Positions 18,218 through 26,824 of a stretch of DNA of 64,000 nucleotides are shown piece by piece. A model generated the notes under the pieces. It searched no databases and was not told the DNA's origin. It saw nothing but the letters and a program-made list of their open reading frames with translations. A program made the position numbers and the translations under genes. The first letter of the stretch is position 1. Each line of letters opens with the position of its first letter. The DNA is taken from the NCBI GenBank assembly GCA_947166925.1, contig CAMVGD010000005.1, forward strand, positions 425 through 64,424. Reading direction: 5' to 3'. Source of the stretch: an uncultured Clostridia bacterium (GTDB lineage: Bacteria; Bacillota; Clostridia; Christensenellales; CAG-138).

Positions 18218-18535
18218 ATGAAGAATAACCTGGAAACCACCCCTTTGACGGCAGAGCAGCGAACCCTGCTGAAAAACTACGAATCGCTCCTGAAGCTTGC
18301 AGCAACAAAATTTTACGCTAACGCCGGCGATGTGGCACCGTATTTGGGAAGCAACGCATTTGACTTCCGTCATGCCTGCCTCGACGGGCAGTACCAGAGC
18401 GGATTTCCTTTTTTCGTGATCGGCAAAGATCGTCCGACGCTTAAGATCCCGATCGTACCATTTATTGCGTGGATCTCGGGGGCACAGGCATCAACGATCT
18501 ATGAATCGATCGAACTCGTCGCAGCAACGGCATAA
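18218..18535 (+). CDS. Hypothetical protein in the excisionase position, upstream of int
   Basis: The ATG at 18218 is preferred. Calling it an Xis rests on position only. Confidence 0.4.
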   Translation: MKNNLETTPLTAEQRTLLKNYESLLKLAATKFYANAGDVAPYLGSNAFDFRHACLDGQYQSGFPFFVIGKDRPTLKIPIVPFIAWISGAQASTIYESIELVAATA

Positions 18536-18642
18536 GCGAGCGAATCGTAGAGAAAGCAATGGGAGCCCGCGATACGGAACGGGCTCCCATCCATCCAATC
18601 CATGAACGTAAAAATGAAATGCACGAAAGCGAGGTAAAAAAC

Positions 18643-19785
18643 ATGGAAAACAGAATGAGCATGAAAAACGAAACACAGGCACCCAAGACGAGAAAGGCCA
18701 AGGCGTCGAACAATGGATCCGGAAGGACGTTTAAGCGCGGTAAATATTGGGCATATGAGATCCGCCGCAAATACTGGGACGGAAACCAAACAAGATATGT
18801 AAGCAGATACGAAGGCAGCTTCAAAACGAAAACGGAAGCCGACAAGGCGAGATACGCAGCACTTGAGGATGTTGAGAAGGAAATCGAAGCAGGCCGGCGC
18901 GGCGATTTGGTGGCGAAGGGAAAGGCGAAGATGACGTTCAGGGATATCGGAAAGGAATTTCTCGCGCTCCATCAGCATAGCTGGGGCAAAAAGACAAGAC
19001 AGTACATGCAAACGAACTTCGAGAAATGCAAAGACTACCATGATCGCGCATGGGACAGCATCACGATGACGGAGTTTCAGGATATCGTCAATATCGGAAC
19101 GACGTATTATACGGCGAAGAAATTGAAGCTTCTGTTGTCCGGTATGAGCAAGTGCGCTGTGAAGTATTACCCGCTGATGAGAGATTATATTCGGGAGTGC
19201 GTTCTTCCTCCGGAGCCAGAGGTGGAGAAACTCGTATTCGAAAGGGAAGAGAGGGACTTGCTTTGGAAGGCAGTCGATCGGAACAGCGAACTGAAGGATA
19301 TGAGCGACGATGATCGTTTTGCGGCAGCAGCATTGCTGATTATGATCTATTCAGGCATGCGCCCAGGCGAGCTTCAGAATATCAATCCGAAGGATATTGA
19401 TCTTGAGAGGAACAGAATCAGCAAAGGCGGGATCAAAACCAAGCGAGGGAAAACCGGTTCGATCTTCGTGATAGACAAGATTGCGCCCCTTGTCCGGGAA
19501 TGGATGCTGGGAAGCAACAGATTTTCGGAAGTGTCGATCGAAACGATCCGTAAAAGAGTCAATGCGCTGCAGGACAAGCTCGGAATGCCGCATCATGTGC
19601 TTTCAGGGAGCAGAACGACAACGGCAACGACACTTGCCGAAATGAGAACGAGCGAAGATGATCTTACTACGATCATGCGTCACACGAACGTAGCCATTAC
19701 GCGCAAGTATTATGACAAATCCGGCGATGACAACGCCATTGAAGCGCTGAGCCGGTTTGACAGAGAAACGACAGAAGAAAACTAA
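18643..19785 (+). CDS. int: Tyrosine-type site-specific integrase
   Basis: The N-terminus has an AP2-like arm-binding region (RGKYWAYEIRRKYWDGNQTRYVSRYEGSFKTKTEA). The C-terminal catalytic region contains SGMRPGEL and MRHTNVAITRKYYDKS (H...Y). The start could lie as far upstream as 18559. Confidence 0.85.
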   Translation: MENRMSMKNETQAPKTRKAKASNNGSGRTFKRGKYWAYEIRRKYWDGNQTRYVSRYEGSFKTKTEADKARYAALEDVEKEIEAGRRGDLVAKGKAKMTFRDIGKEFLALHQHSWGKKTRQYMQTNFEKCKDYHDRAWDSITMTEFQDIVNIGTTYYTAKKLKLLLSGMSKCAVKYYPLMRDYIRECVLPPEPEVEKLVFEREERDLLWKAVDRNSELKDMSDDDRFAAAALLIMIYSGMRPGELQNINPKDIDLERNRISKGGIKTKRGKTGSIFVIDKIAPLVREWMLGSNRFSEVSIETIRKRVNALQDKLGMPHHVLSGSRTTTATTLAEMRTSEDDLTTIMRHTNVAITRKYYDKSGDDNAIEALSRFDRETTEEN

Positions 19786-19823
19786 ATGAAAAATGATGTG
19801 CACGTTAGAAAGGAGATAAGACT

Positions 19824-20549
19824 ATGAGCAAAAAGATGGATTTAACGAATCAACGATTTGGCAGATTGACAGTGATTGGAGAAAACCCGGAACCGTATCG
19901 TTCACGTTCAGGAAGCATAACGCGAAGATGGAACTGCCGCTGCGATTGCGGAAAACTGGTGACGGTTCTACAAGGTTCGCTGACAACCGGTAACACAAAA
20001 AGTTGTGGGTGCCTATCAAGAGAAAAAGCTGCATCCAGGCACAAGGATTTAAGTGGAAAGCGTTTTGGGAAACTGGTTGTCGTTAAACGTATCCCGCTGG
20101 ATAATAGCCGCGCTGATGGATACCAAAATGGTTGGCTTTGCAAATGCGATTGCGGCAAGGAGGCTGTTGCATGTACAGAGGATTTAACAAGCGGCCATAA
20201 AAAATCGTGTGGATGTTATGCTGTAGAAAGTGCATCTGAATTAGCCAGGACTGATGGACGCAACGTATTCGGAAGATATGAAGGAACAATGATTTCTCAA
20301 ATCAAGCCGGGACGGAAACCGAGCAAGTGCAACAAGTCCGGTGTTGTAGGCGTTCATTGGAATGTTCGAAGACAAAGGTGGATTGCACGGATTGGCTTTC
20401 AAGGAAAGAAAATCACAATTGGAAGCTTTCAAAATCTTGATGAAGCAACGAGGGCCAGAAAGAAAGCGGAAGAAAAATACTTCGCGCCGATCATCGAACG
20501 GTGGAATGAAGAATTGAGAAAGAAAATGGGAGGGGCTCTTGCTTGTTGA
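19824..20549 (+). CDS. AP2-domain DNA-binding protein with two Cys-rich repeats
   Basis: Two FGRLTV/FGKLVV...WxCxCDCG...SCGC repeats are followed by an AP2-like segment GVVGVHWNVRRQRWIARIGFQGKKITIGSFQNLDEATRARKKAE. Confidence 0.8.
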   Translation: MSKKMDLTNQRFGRLTVIGENPEPYRSRSGSITRRWNCRCDCGKLVTVLQGSLTTGNTKSCGCLSREKAASRHKDLSGKRFGKLVVVKRIPLDNSRADGYQNGWLCKCDCGKEAVACTEDLTSGHKKSCGCYAVESASELARTDGRNVFGRYEGTMISQIKPGRKPSKCNKSGVVGVHWNVRRQRWIARIGFQGKKITIGSFQNLDEATRARKKAEEKYFAPIIERWNEELRKKMGGALAC

Positions 20550-20629
20550 AAAGCAAGAGCCCAAAGGAGGATAAGACGCGAAACATGAACGAACAGAATG
20601 AAATGCACGTTAGAAAGGATGAAAAGATA

Positions 20630-20923
20630 ATGAAGGAAGCCGCAACACTTACGCCTGAAATAAAGAGAACCAACGAGAAGGCAACGTTATATGAACATGG
20701 AGACTATCGCGTCTGTGTCATTGAAAAAGGTGATATGTTTGAAGCGTGGTTAGCGCATAAGGAATATGGAGTGGCATCGTTGATGTTCGGATGGCCCAAA
20801 GTGCAACCTGTGGAACCGGACAAAGTTTATAGCCTGAATGAATTTCTCGATATGGTGAAAAATTCGCTCGAAGAGCACAAGCGGATATACTTTGATGAGA
20901 TCGAAGATTTGGACTACCCCTAA
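20630..20923 (+). CDS. Hypothetical protein
   Basis: I chose the start at MKEAATL because it follows the same GCACGTTAGAAAGGA leader as the AP2 gene. Confidence 0.45.
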   Translation: MKEAATLTPEIKRTNEKATLYEHGDYRVCVIEKGDMFEAWLAHKEYGVASLMFGWPKVQPVEPDKVYSLNEFLDMVKNSLEEHKRIYFDEIEDLDYP

Positions 20924-21158
20924 TAATGCAGAGCGTTAAAAGGAAGTCTCCATGTATGAGAAATGTCGCCTCATCTTCGTATCTTTTGGAATAATGAACT
21001 TTTCAGCTAAAGCTTACGGGTATTTTCCCGTAAGTTTTCTTTTTTTATCTGCTGATTTGCCAGGTTATCGAAGCAGAAATCAGATTGTTGACGAAAACTG
21101 CTTCGATAACTCGCGTTTTGCGTAGGATTGAACTATGACAATAGAAATACTTGATCCA

Positions 21159-21467
21159 GTTACGACAGTGAGCTTCAGAAATGGTTTGAGCGGATTTCTT
21201 CTGTTTGTAATGCTGCAAACTGTCGTAACGCGAGGCGGTTTTCGTTACGACAGTTTTTTGCTTGCCGGGGAAGCCGGGAATCCTGATCATTTATCCTGAT
21301 TTCCATCTTTTATCCTTTGGTGTTGCCGAAAATAGAATTTTGATCGTGAAAAGATGCAGATACCGCGAAAAAGTCAGATATTATGGGCTTTTTCGTGGGA
21401 AGGATGAGGAGGAGACGGAAGGGCGAAAATGACGTCTGAAAAGTCTGTTACGACAGAGTTACGACAG
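21159..21467. repeat. Five copies of GTTACGACAG next to the tRNA end of the element
   Basis: Forward copies lie at 21159, 21244, 21447 and 21458. One inverted copy lies at 21220. Confidence 0.65.
21220..21259 (+). terminator. Hairpin plus T6
   Basis: CTGTCGTAACG-12 nt-CGTTACGACAG followed by TTTTTT. The stem is formed by two of the GTTACGACAG copies. Confidence 0.45.
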
Positions 21468-21474
21468 ATACAAG

Positions 21475-21501
21475 AAAAGTGCCCTGTTTTAGGGCACTTT
21501 T
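21475..21501 (-). terminator. Terminator hairpin downstream of tRNA-Asn
   Basis: On the minus strand: AAAAGTGCCC-loop-GGGCACTTTT. Confidence 0.5.
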
Positions 21502-21510
21502 CGGATGTTT

Positions 21511-21585
<75 letters not shown>

Positions 21586-21743
21586 ATGCTGCAAGCGTTA
21601 TAATAACAGCACGGCTGTCTTTTCGCAACGGCGAATATTCGTAAATATAAATAAATACAAATAAAAAGCTCGTTAAATCTCGTTAAATCTGACTATTTTG
21701 TGGATTGATTGACGAAGGGGCTTTTTTGTTGTACAATAACCGC

Positions 21744-22250
21744 ATGGAACGAAGAATGCCGCACATCGTACATACGGAACGCACAGAACCGAAACGGAGG
21801 CTGATCCGTACGGACGCCGCGCTGTACGTTTTGCTGCTGCTCGGCACGTTTGTCGTCATCTTCCTGTCGTTTTTTCTGGCGAACCGGCTCGGCGTGGAAA
21901 AGCTCTTTGTTCAGATCGGACTCTACGCGATCCTGCTGGGGACGGGGTATTGGATCTACCGCACACGGCTTGTCGAGTATCTGTATGAGCTGTACGACAC
22001 GGAACTGAAGATCATACAGGCGGTCGGCAATAAACAGAAGTCGATCCTTTCCGTGCCGCTTGCCTCGGTGACGGAGGTCGGCGCATACCGCAAAACCGAC
22101 GCAAAGCCGGACCAACGCACGTTCCACGGGGCGCGGAACGGGACGACCGCGGTCTGGTACCGGAAGGACGGCGAGCTGCGGGTGGTTTGCCTGAGCGCGT
22201 CGGAAGCGCTTCAAAGGAAGCTGACGGAGGCTGTGCATGCAAAGGAATGA
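21744..22250 (+). CDS. Hypothetical membrane protein (2 TM)
   Basis: It contains the TM pair LYVLLLLGTFVVIFLSFFL and IGLYAILLGTGYWIY. The promoter TTGACG-17-TACAAT at 21709-21737 ends 7 nt before this ATG, so the transcript may be leaderless. Confidence 0.45.
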   Translation: MERRMPHIVHTERTEPKRRLIRTDAALYVLLLLGTFVVIFLSFFLANRLGVEKLFVQIGLYAILLGTGYWIYRTRLVEYLYELYDTELKIIQAVGNKQKSILSVPLASVTEVGAYRKTDAKPDQRTFHGARNGTTAVWYRKDGELRVVCLSASEALQRKLTEAVHAKE

Positions 22251-23169
22251 CTGGATGGAGCGGATCGAACGCGGGGAGGTCCCGCATGCGATCCTGTTCG
22301 CGGGACCGAAGGAGGGCGGCGAGCTGATGCTTGCGCGCCGTGCCGCCGCGCGGTTTTTGCTGCATACGGACGACGTGAAGGCTTTGGAAAACTGCCCGTT
22401 TTATCTGGAACCGGAGGATTATCAGGTCAGGACGGTGCGGGACGCGCTTGCCGTGATCAATGCCGAAGCGTATGAGCAGGGACGGCACTGCATCCTGTTC
22501 CCGGACGCGCACACGATGAGCGAGGCGGCGCAGGACGTGCTTCTGAAAACGCTGGAGGAGCCCCCGAAGGACACGCTGCTTCTTCTGACCGGCGTTGAAT
22601 CCGGGTTCCGTCCGACGATCCTGTCGCGCTGCATGATCCTCAGAACGGAGACGGAGCCGTGGGAGGCGATCGCGGAGCGCCTGATAAAGAACGGCGCGGA
22701 CCGTGAAAAAGCGACGCTTGCGGCAAAGCTGTCCGACGGCGTATCCGGACGCGCGGAAGCCTTCTTGCGGGGGGATTCGCTTGCGTTCCGGCGCGAGGCG
22801 ATCGCATGCATCCGGCGGTTCGCATCGAAAAGCAAGCCGTACGCGGCGCTTTCCGCGCTGTGCACGGATACGGTGACGGAGGAGAACGAGGACGGCGCGA
22901 CGAAAAAGGCGAAAAAGGTCGTTCCGGCGCTGCTGGATGCTTTTCTGGACATATTCCTGTCGATCCTGCTGGATGTGCTGCGGCTGAAAAACGGCGTGCA
23001 GGAGATCCGGAACACGGATTGCGCGGAAGTCGCAACATTTTTCAATTCGACCTTTACAATCGGACAAATTCAAGGTATGATACAGATTGCGGTCGACGCA
23101 AAGGAGATGCTTGCCTACAAGGCGAGCCCCGCCATGACGATCGACTGGATACTGGCAAAGCTGCCGTAA
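22237..23169 (+). CDS. holB: DNA polymerase III delta-prime subunit
   Basis: PHAILFAGPKEGG...LLKTLEEPPKDTLLLLT matches the family. The conserved holB-yaaT synteny is present. Confidence 0.85.
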   Translation: MQRNDWMERIERGEVPHAILFAGPKEGGELMLARRAAARFLLHTDDVKALENCPFYLEPEDYQVRTVRDALAVINAEAYEQGRHCILFPDAHTMSEAAQDVLLKTLEEPPKDTLLLLTGVESGFRPTILSRCMILRTETEPWEAIAERLIKNGADREKATLAAKLSDGVSGRAEAFLRGDSLAFRREAIACIRRFASKSKPYAALSALCTDTVTEENEDGATKKAKKVVPALLDAFLDIFLSILLDVLRLKNGVQEIRNTDCAEVATFFNSTFTIGQIQGMIQIAVDAKEMLAYKASPAMTIDWILAKLP

Positions 23170-23178
23170 GGGGAAATT

Positions 23179-24414
23179 ATGGTCAGAGTTATCGAAGTAA
23201 AATTCAAAACAAGCGGACGCGTCTATTATTTTGATCCGCTCGATCTGCCGATACACGCAGACGACGGCGTGATCGTCGAAACGGCGCGCGGCATGGAATA
23301 CGGCGAGGTACAGGGCGAGCCGAAGGAGGTCGACGAAAGCGAAATCGTCGCGCCTTTGAAGCCGGTCGTCCGCATCGCCACGGATGAGGACAAGCGCCTG
23401 CGCGCGCAGTACGAGGCAAAGGAAGCCGAGGCGCTTGCGATCTGTCACGAAAAGATCGCGGCGCACGGGCTCGACATGAAGCTGGTGGACGTGGAGTATA
23501 CGTTCAACGGCAGCAAGGTCGTGTTCTATTTCACCGCGGACGAGCGCGTGGACTTCCGCGAGCTGGTCAAGGACCTTGCGTACGCGCTGAAAACACGGAT
23601 CGAGCTTCGGCAGATCGGCGTGCGCGACGAAGCGAAGATGCTCGGCGGACTCGGTCCGTGCGGGCGGCTCGTGTGCTGCAAGTCGTTCCTCGACGATTTC
23701 CGTCCCGTTTCGATCAAGATGGCAAAGGAGCAGAATCTTTCTCTGAGCCCGACAAAGATCTCGGGACTTTGCGGAAGGCTGATGTGCTGTCTGCAGTATG
23801 AGCAGAGCGCGTACGAGGAGATCCGCAGCAAGATGCCCAGACCGGGCAGGGAGGTCAATACGGTCGACGGCGTCGGCACGGTCGTGGAGAACAACGCGAT
23901 CACCGAGCGCACCAAGGTCCGGCTGACCATGGAGGACGGCTCGATCGACGTCCGCGAATACCCGTACACGCATCTTTCCGCACCGGGCGAACCGCTGCCG
24001 GAGGAGGCGCTTGCGGCGAAGAAGACCGAAGCGGCAAAGGAAACCGACGCGGACGCGCAGTTCAAGAAGGATGCGGCGAACAATACGCGCAGGGGCGGAC
24101 GCAATACGCCGCGCCGACCGGAGCAGCAGCGCCCCGCGCAGCAGGAGCAGCCGAAGCAAAGAAACGCGCAGAAGTCGAACGATCAGCCAAAGCCGGAGCA
24201 GAAGCAGCCGAAGACGAACGATCCGAAGCAGAAGCAGAATCCGCAGAAACAGCAGAATCCGCAGAAGCAGCAGAGACCGGAACAGAAGCCGGCGCCGAAA
24301 TCCGGCGAGCAGCCGAAGCCCGCGCAGAAGCAGGAAGGCAGCGGGGAAGGACAGAAAAAACAGTTCCGCCGCCGTCCGCGCCGCCCGAACAACGCCCCGA
24401 AAGAGGATTCCTGA
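23179..24414 (+). CDS. ricT: PSP1-domain protein (YaaT/RicT) with a long K/Q/P-rich tail
   Basis: The N-terminus VIEVKFKTSGRVYYFDP and the Cys cluster GPCGRLVCC...CGRLMCCL are present. The C-terminal 130 aa or so are low complexity. Confidence 0.85.
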   Translation: MVRVIEVKFKTSGRVYYFDPLDLPIHADDGVIVETARGMEYGEVQGEPKEVDESEIVAPLKPVVRIATDEDKRLRAQYEAKEAEALAICHEKIAAHGLDMKLVDVEYTFNGSKVVFYFTADERVDFRELVKDLAYALKTRIELRQIGVRDEAKMLGGLGPCGRLVCCKSFLDDFRPVSIKMAKEQNLSLSPTKISGLCGRLMCCLQYEQSAYEEIRSKMPRPGREVNTVDGVGTVVENNAITERTKVRLTMEDGSIDVREYPYTHLSAPGEPLPEEALAAKKTEAAKETDADAQFKKDAANNTRRGGRNTPRRPEQQRPAQQEQPKQRNAQKSNDQPKPEQKQPKTNDPKQKQNPQKQQNPQKQQRPEQKPAPKSGEQPKPAQKQEGSGEGQKKQFRRRPRRPNNAPKEDS

Positions 24415-24427
24415 TTTCCGAAACAGC

Positions 24428-24454
24428 AAAGCTCCCGAAACCGGGAGCTTTTTT
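24428..24454. terminator. Bidirectional terminator between convergent genes
   Basis: AAAGCTCCCG-aaac-CGGGAGCTTTTTT. A near-identical hairpin recurs at about 25465-25490. Confidence 0.6.
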
Positions 24455-24548
24455 GCGTACCAAATGCTTTTTCGGAATACAGACCGCCGGAACGGACGGA
24501 ATGCGCTTCACGGGAAGGAGCGTTTGTTTGAAAAACCGGCATTTGCCG

Positions 24549-25040
24549 CTAAGCTGTTCTTCCCGTTTGCATGAGATATCCCTCATGAACGGCGGCGACG
24601 GTTGCGACCGCGCAGACGACCGCCGCGCTGTATTTGAAATCGATGCATGTCAGCGTCAGCGGGAAAACGAACAGCAGCCCTCCGGTCACCTTGTTGAATA
24701 CGGAATGCACCGACAGGAATTCTTTCCGCCGGATAAAACCTGCTGCAAGATTTGCCGCCTTGATCACGGCGATGACGGCGATCCATACGCAGAGCCAGAC
24801 CGGAACATGCAGCACCGGCAGCAGCTTAATGAGGCATACCGCAACAAATACGACGTCCGCGACCGTATCCAGCTTTGCGCCGAACCCGCTGACGGTACCG
24901 GTCATCCTTGCCACAGCGCCGTCGATCATATCGGTGATCCCGGCGGCGAGATAGAGCGCCCAAAAGACCGGAGACAATGCCGGGCAAAACAGCAAAGCGG
25001 CGCTGAGCACGATCCTGATTCCGGTGATGAGATTCGCCAT
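24549..25040 (-). CDS. CDP-alcohol phosphatidyltransferase family protein
   Basis: DMIDGAVARMTGTVSGFGAKLDTVAD matches the D-x2-DG-x2-AR...G-x3-D-x3-D motif. Confidence 0.8.
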   Translation of the reverse strand: MANLITGIRIVLSAALLFCPALSPVFWALYLAAGITDMIDGAVARMTGTVSGFGAKLDTVADVVFVAVCLIKLLPVLHVPVWLCVWIAVIAVIKAANLAAGFIRRKEFLSVHSVFNKVTGGLLFVFPLTLTCIDFKYSAAVVCAVATVAAVHEGYLMQTGRTA

Positions 25041-25041
25041 G

Positions 25042-25404
25042 TTACATCGGCGTCCCCACTTCGATCAGATTGCCGTCCGGATCGTAGAAACGGATGACCT
25101 TCTGCCCCCAGCTGTGCGTCATGAGCCTGTTGACGTATTGCACTTCCGGGTAATACCTTTCAAGCTTTTCGATAAAACCTTCCAGGTCAGGCTCCTCGAA
25201 ATAGAGCTCGCAGGCATTGTTCCTCGGAATGATATCTCTCCCGAGGAACGCTTTCCAGTATTGTTCTTTCTGAAGGACCAGGCCTTCCGTCAGGATCATA
25301 TTTCCGTCATTGTCAAGGATCATCTCAAGACCGAACAGATCGTGGTAGAACCGTCTGGATCTTCCGATATCCTTCACGACGATCAGTATGTTTTTCAGTT
25401 TCAT
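25042..25404 (-). CDS. VOC/glyoxalase-family protein
   Basis: IVVKDIGRSRRFYHDLFGLE...VIRFYDPDGNLIEV fits the family. The start could be at 25428. Confidence 0.7.
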   Translation of the reverse strand: MKLKNILIVVKDIGRSRRFYHDLFGLEMILDNDGNMILTEGLVLQKEQYWKAFLGRDIIPRNNACELYFEEPDLEGFIEKLERYYPEVQYVNRLMTHSWGQKVIRFYDPDGNLIEVGTPM

Positions 25405-25495
25405 CGTTTTCCCTTTCTTCCTCGGCAAACCGCCTCGGATGATCGTTATTCAGACAGACGGAAAGCTCCCGAAGCCGGGAGCTTTTGCATTTCGG

Positions 25496-26821
25496 TTATT
25501 CCGGGATCACGCTGACGCGGTCGACGCCGTAATAGGCGAGCGCCGCAAGCGCCGCTTCGTCGATGCGTTCGCCGGGCATCAGGACGGGCACGGCGGGGGG
25601 ACAGCCGACGTCGGGCCTTGCAAGCGTGCGGTTGAGGCATTCGGAACGCGGGAGCACGACGCGCGGACCGAGCATCGCTTCCCGGATCGGACAGACGCGC
25701 TCCGGAACGGAGGGACGCGGGGGAAGCGCTTCGATCGGCGCGTGCGCAGGGATCGCGTGAAGCGCGCGTTCAAGCCGCAAAAGCCCGGTCCCGCCGTTGT
25801 CCGGCGTGAACATGCAGACCAGAAAATCGGGATCGGCAAACTCGCAGAAGATCCCCTGCGCCTCAAGAAGCCGCGCGAGCGCCGTTCCGGTACAGCCGCG
25901 GCGTTTCGGAAGCAGCGTCAGCTTCAAGGGCTCGTCGCCGGACAGCGTCCAGCCTGCGGCGGTCAGCCGCGCTTTCAGCGCGTCAAGCTGCGGAATGAAG
26001 GCGGAAAGCCGTTCGGACAATGTTTCGAGGATCGGATTCAAAAGATCGAGCGATTGCAGGATCAGATAGGAAGGACTGGTCGAACCGAACAGCAGCAGCG
26101 CGTCCTTCGCCTCGTCCGCAAGCGCGCCGAGGACGGGGGAAACGTGCAGATACGCCGCGCCGGTCAGCGCCGGCAGCGTTTTGTGCGCGGAATCGCAGCA
26201 GAGGTCTGCGCCGAGGTCGATCGGGTGCTGCGAGGGCGTGAGGAACCGGAGATACGCGCCGTGCGCGTTGTCAACAAGCAGCAGCACGCCGTGTTCATGG
26301 CAGATGCGCGCGATCGGCGCAAGGTCGATCCGGTTGCCGAGATAGTCCGGCGAGGTGAGATACAGCGCCGCAGGATGCGTCCGCCCGATCGCTTCCGCGA
26401 CCGTTTCGGGCGAAGGATTTGCCGAAAGGTACGACGGCGCGGGATCAAAGAGCCACTCGACCTCCGCGTCCAAAAGCGCGGCGGCGGACAGGAACGTCTT
26501 GTGCGCGTTGCGCGCGGCAAGGACGCGGAAGGGCTTATGTTCGCCCTGCGCGTGCCGCATTGCAAGGTACAGCATCGCGCGGATGCACTGTGAACTGCCC
26601 TCGGTCGAATAGAAGGTCGGACAGCCGAACAGCGCGGAGGCGTTCGCCTCGCTTTCCCGGATGATCCCGCTCGCTTCATACAGCGCGTCGGCGCCGGTGA
26701 TCTCCGTGATATCGCGATCTTCGCCCAAAAAGCGCGAACGCCCCTTGTGCCCGGGCATGTGCAGCCGGACCGGGGAGCGCTCGACGTATGCGGTTACGAA
26801 ATCGAAGATCGGCGTGTTCAT
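25496..26821 (-). CDS. PLP-dependent Orn/Lys/Arg decarboxylase-family enzyme
   Basis: HMPGHKG...YSTEGSSQCI...DSAHKTLPALTGAAYLH matches the major domain of this family. Confidence 0.8.
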   Translation of the reverse strand: MNTPIFDFVTAYVERSPVRLHMPGHKGRSRFLGEDRDITEITGADALYEASGIIRESEANASALFGCPTFYSTEGSSQCIRAMLYLAMRHAQGEHKPFRVLAARNAHKTFLSAAALLDAEVEWLFDPAPSYLSANPSPETVAEAIGRTHPAALYLTSPDYLGNRIDLAPIARICHEHGVLLLVDNAHGAYLRFLTPSQHPIDLGADLCCDSAHKTLPALTGAAYLHVSPVLGALADEAKDALLLFGSTSPSYLILQSLDLLNPILETLSERLSAFIPQLDALKARLTAAGWTLSGDEPLKLTLLPKRRGCTGTALARLLEAQGIFCEFADPDFLVCMFTPDNGGTGLLRLERALHAIPAHAPIEALPPRPSVPERVCPIREAMLGPRVVLPRSECLNRTLARPDVGCPPAVPVLMPGERIDEAALAALAYYGVDRVSVIPE

Positions 26822-26824
26822 GGC

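Larger units (their letters stand above)
2400..21510. mobile_element. Integrated mobile element (IME/PICI-like) carrying the type I R-M defence cargo
   Basis: This block is AT-richer than both flanks. Integrase, rep/primase, iteron and XRE modules are present. The right end abuts the 3' end of tRNA-Asn. The left boundary rests only on the composition shift, and no att direct repeat was found. Confidence 0.5.

Noticed and set aside
22012-24429. An 805-aa ORF on the minus strand opposite holB and ricT. Similar long antisense ORFs occur at 847-2145, 7278-8609, 39169-40995, 42166-43248, 55375-56859 and 60571-62664.
   Set aside because: They are Arg/Leu/Ala-rich shadow ORFs typical of GC-rich DNA. 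They overlap genes with clear family motifs on the other strand and lack RBS or recognisable domains.
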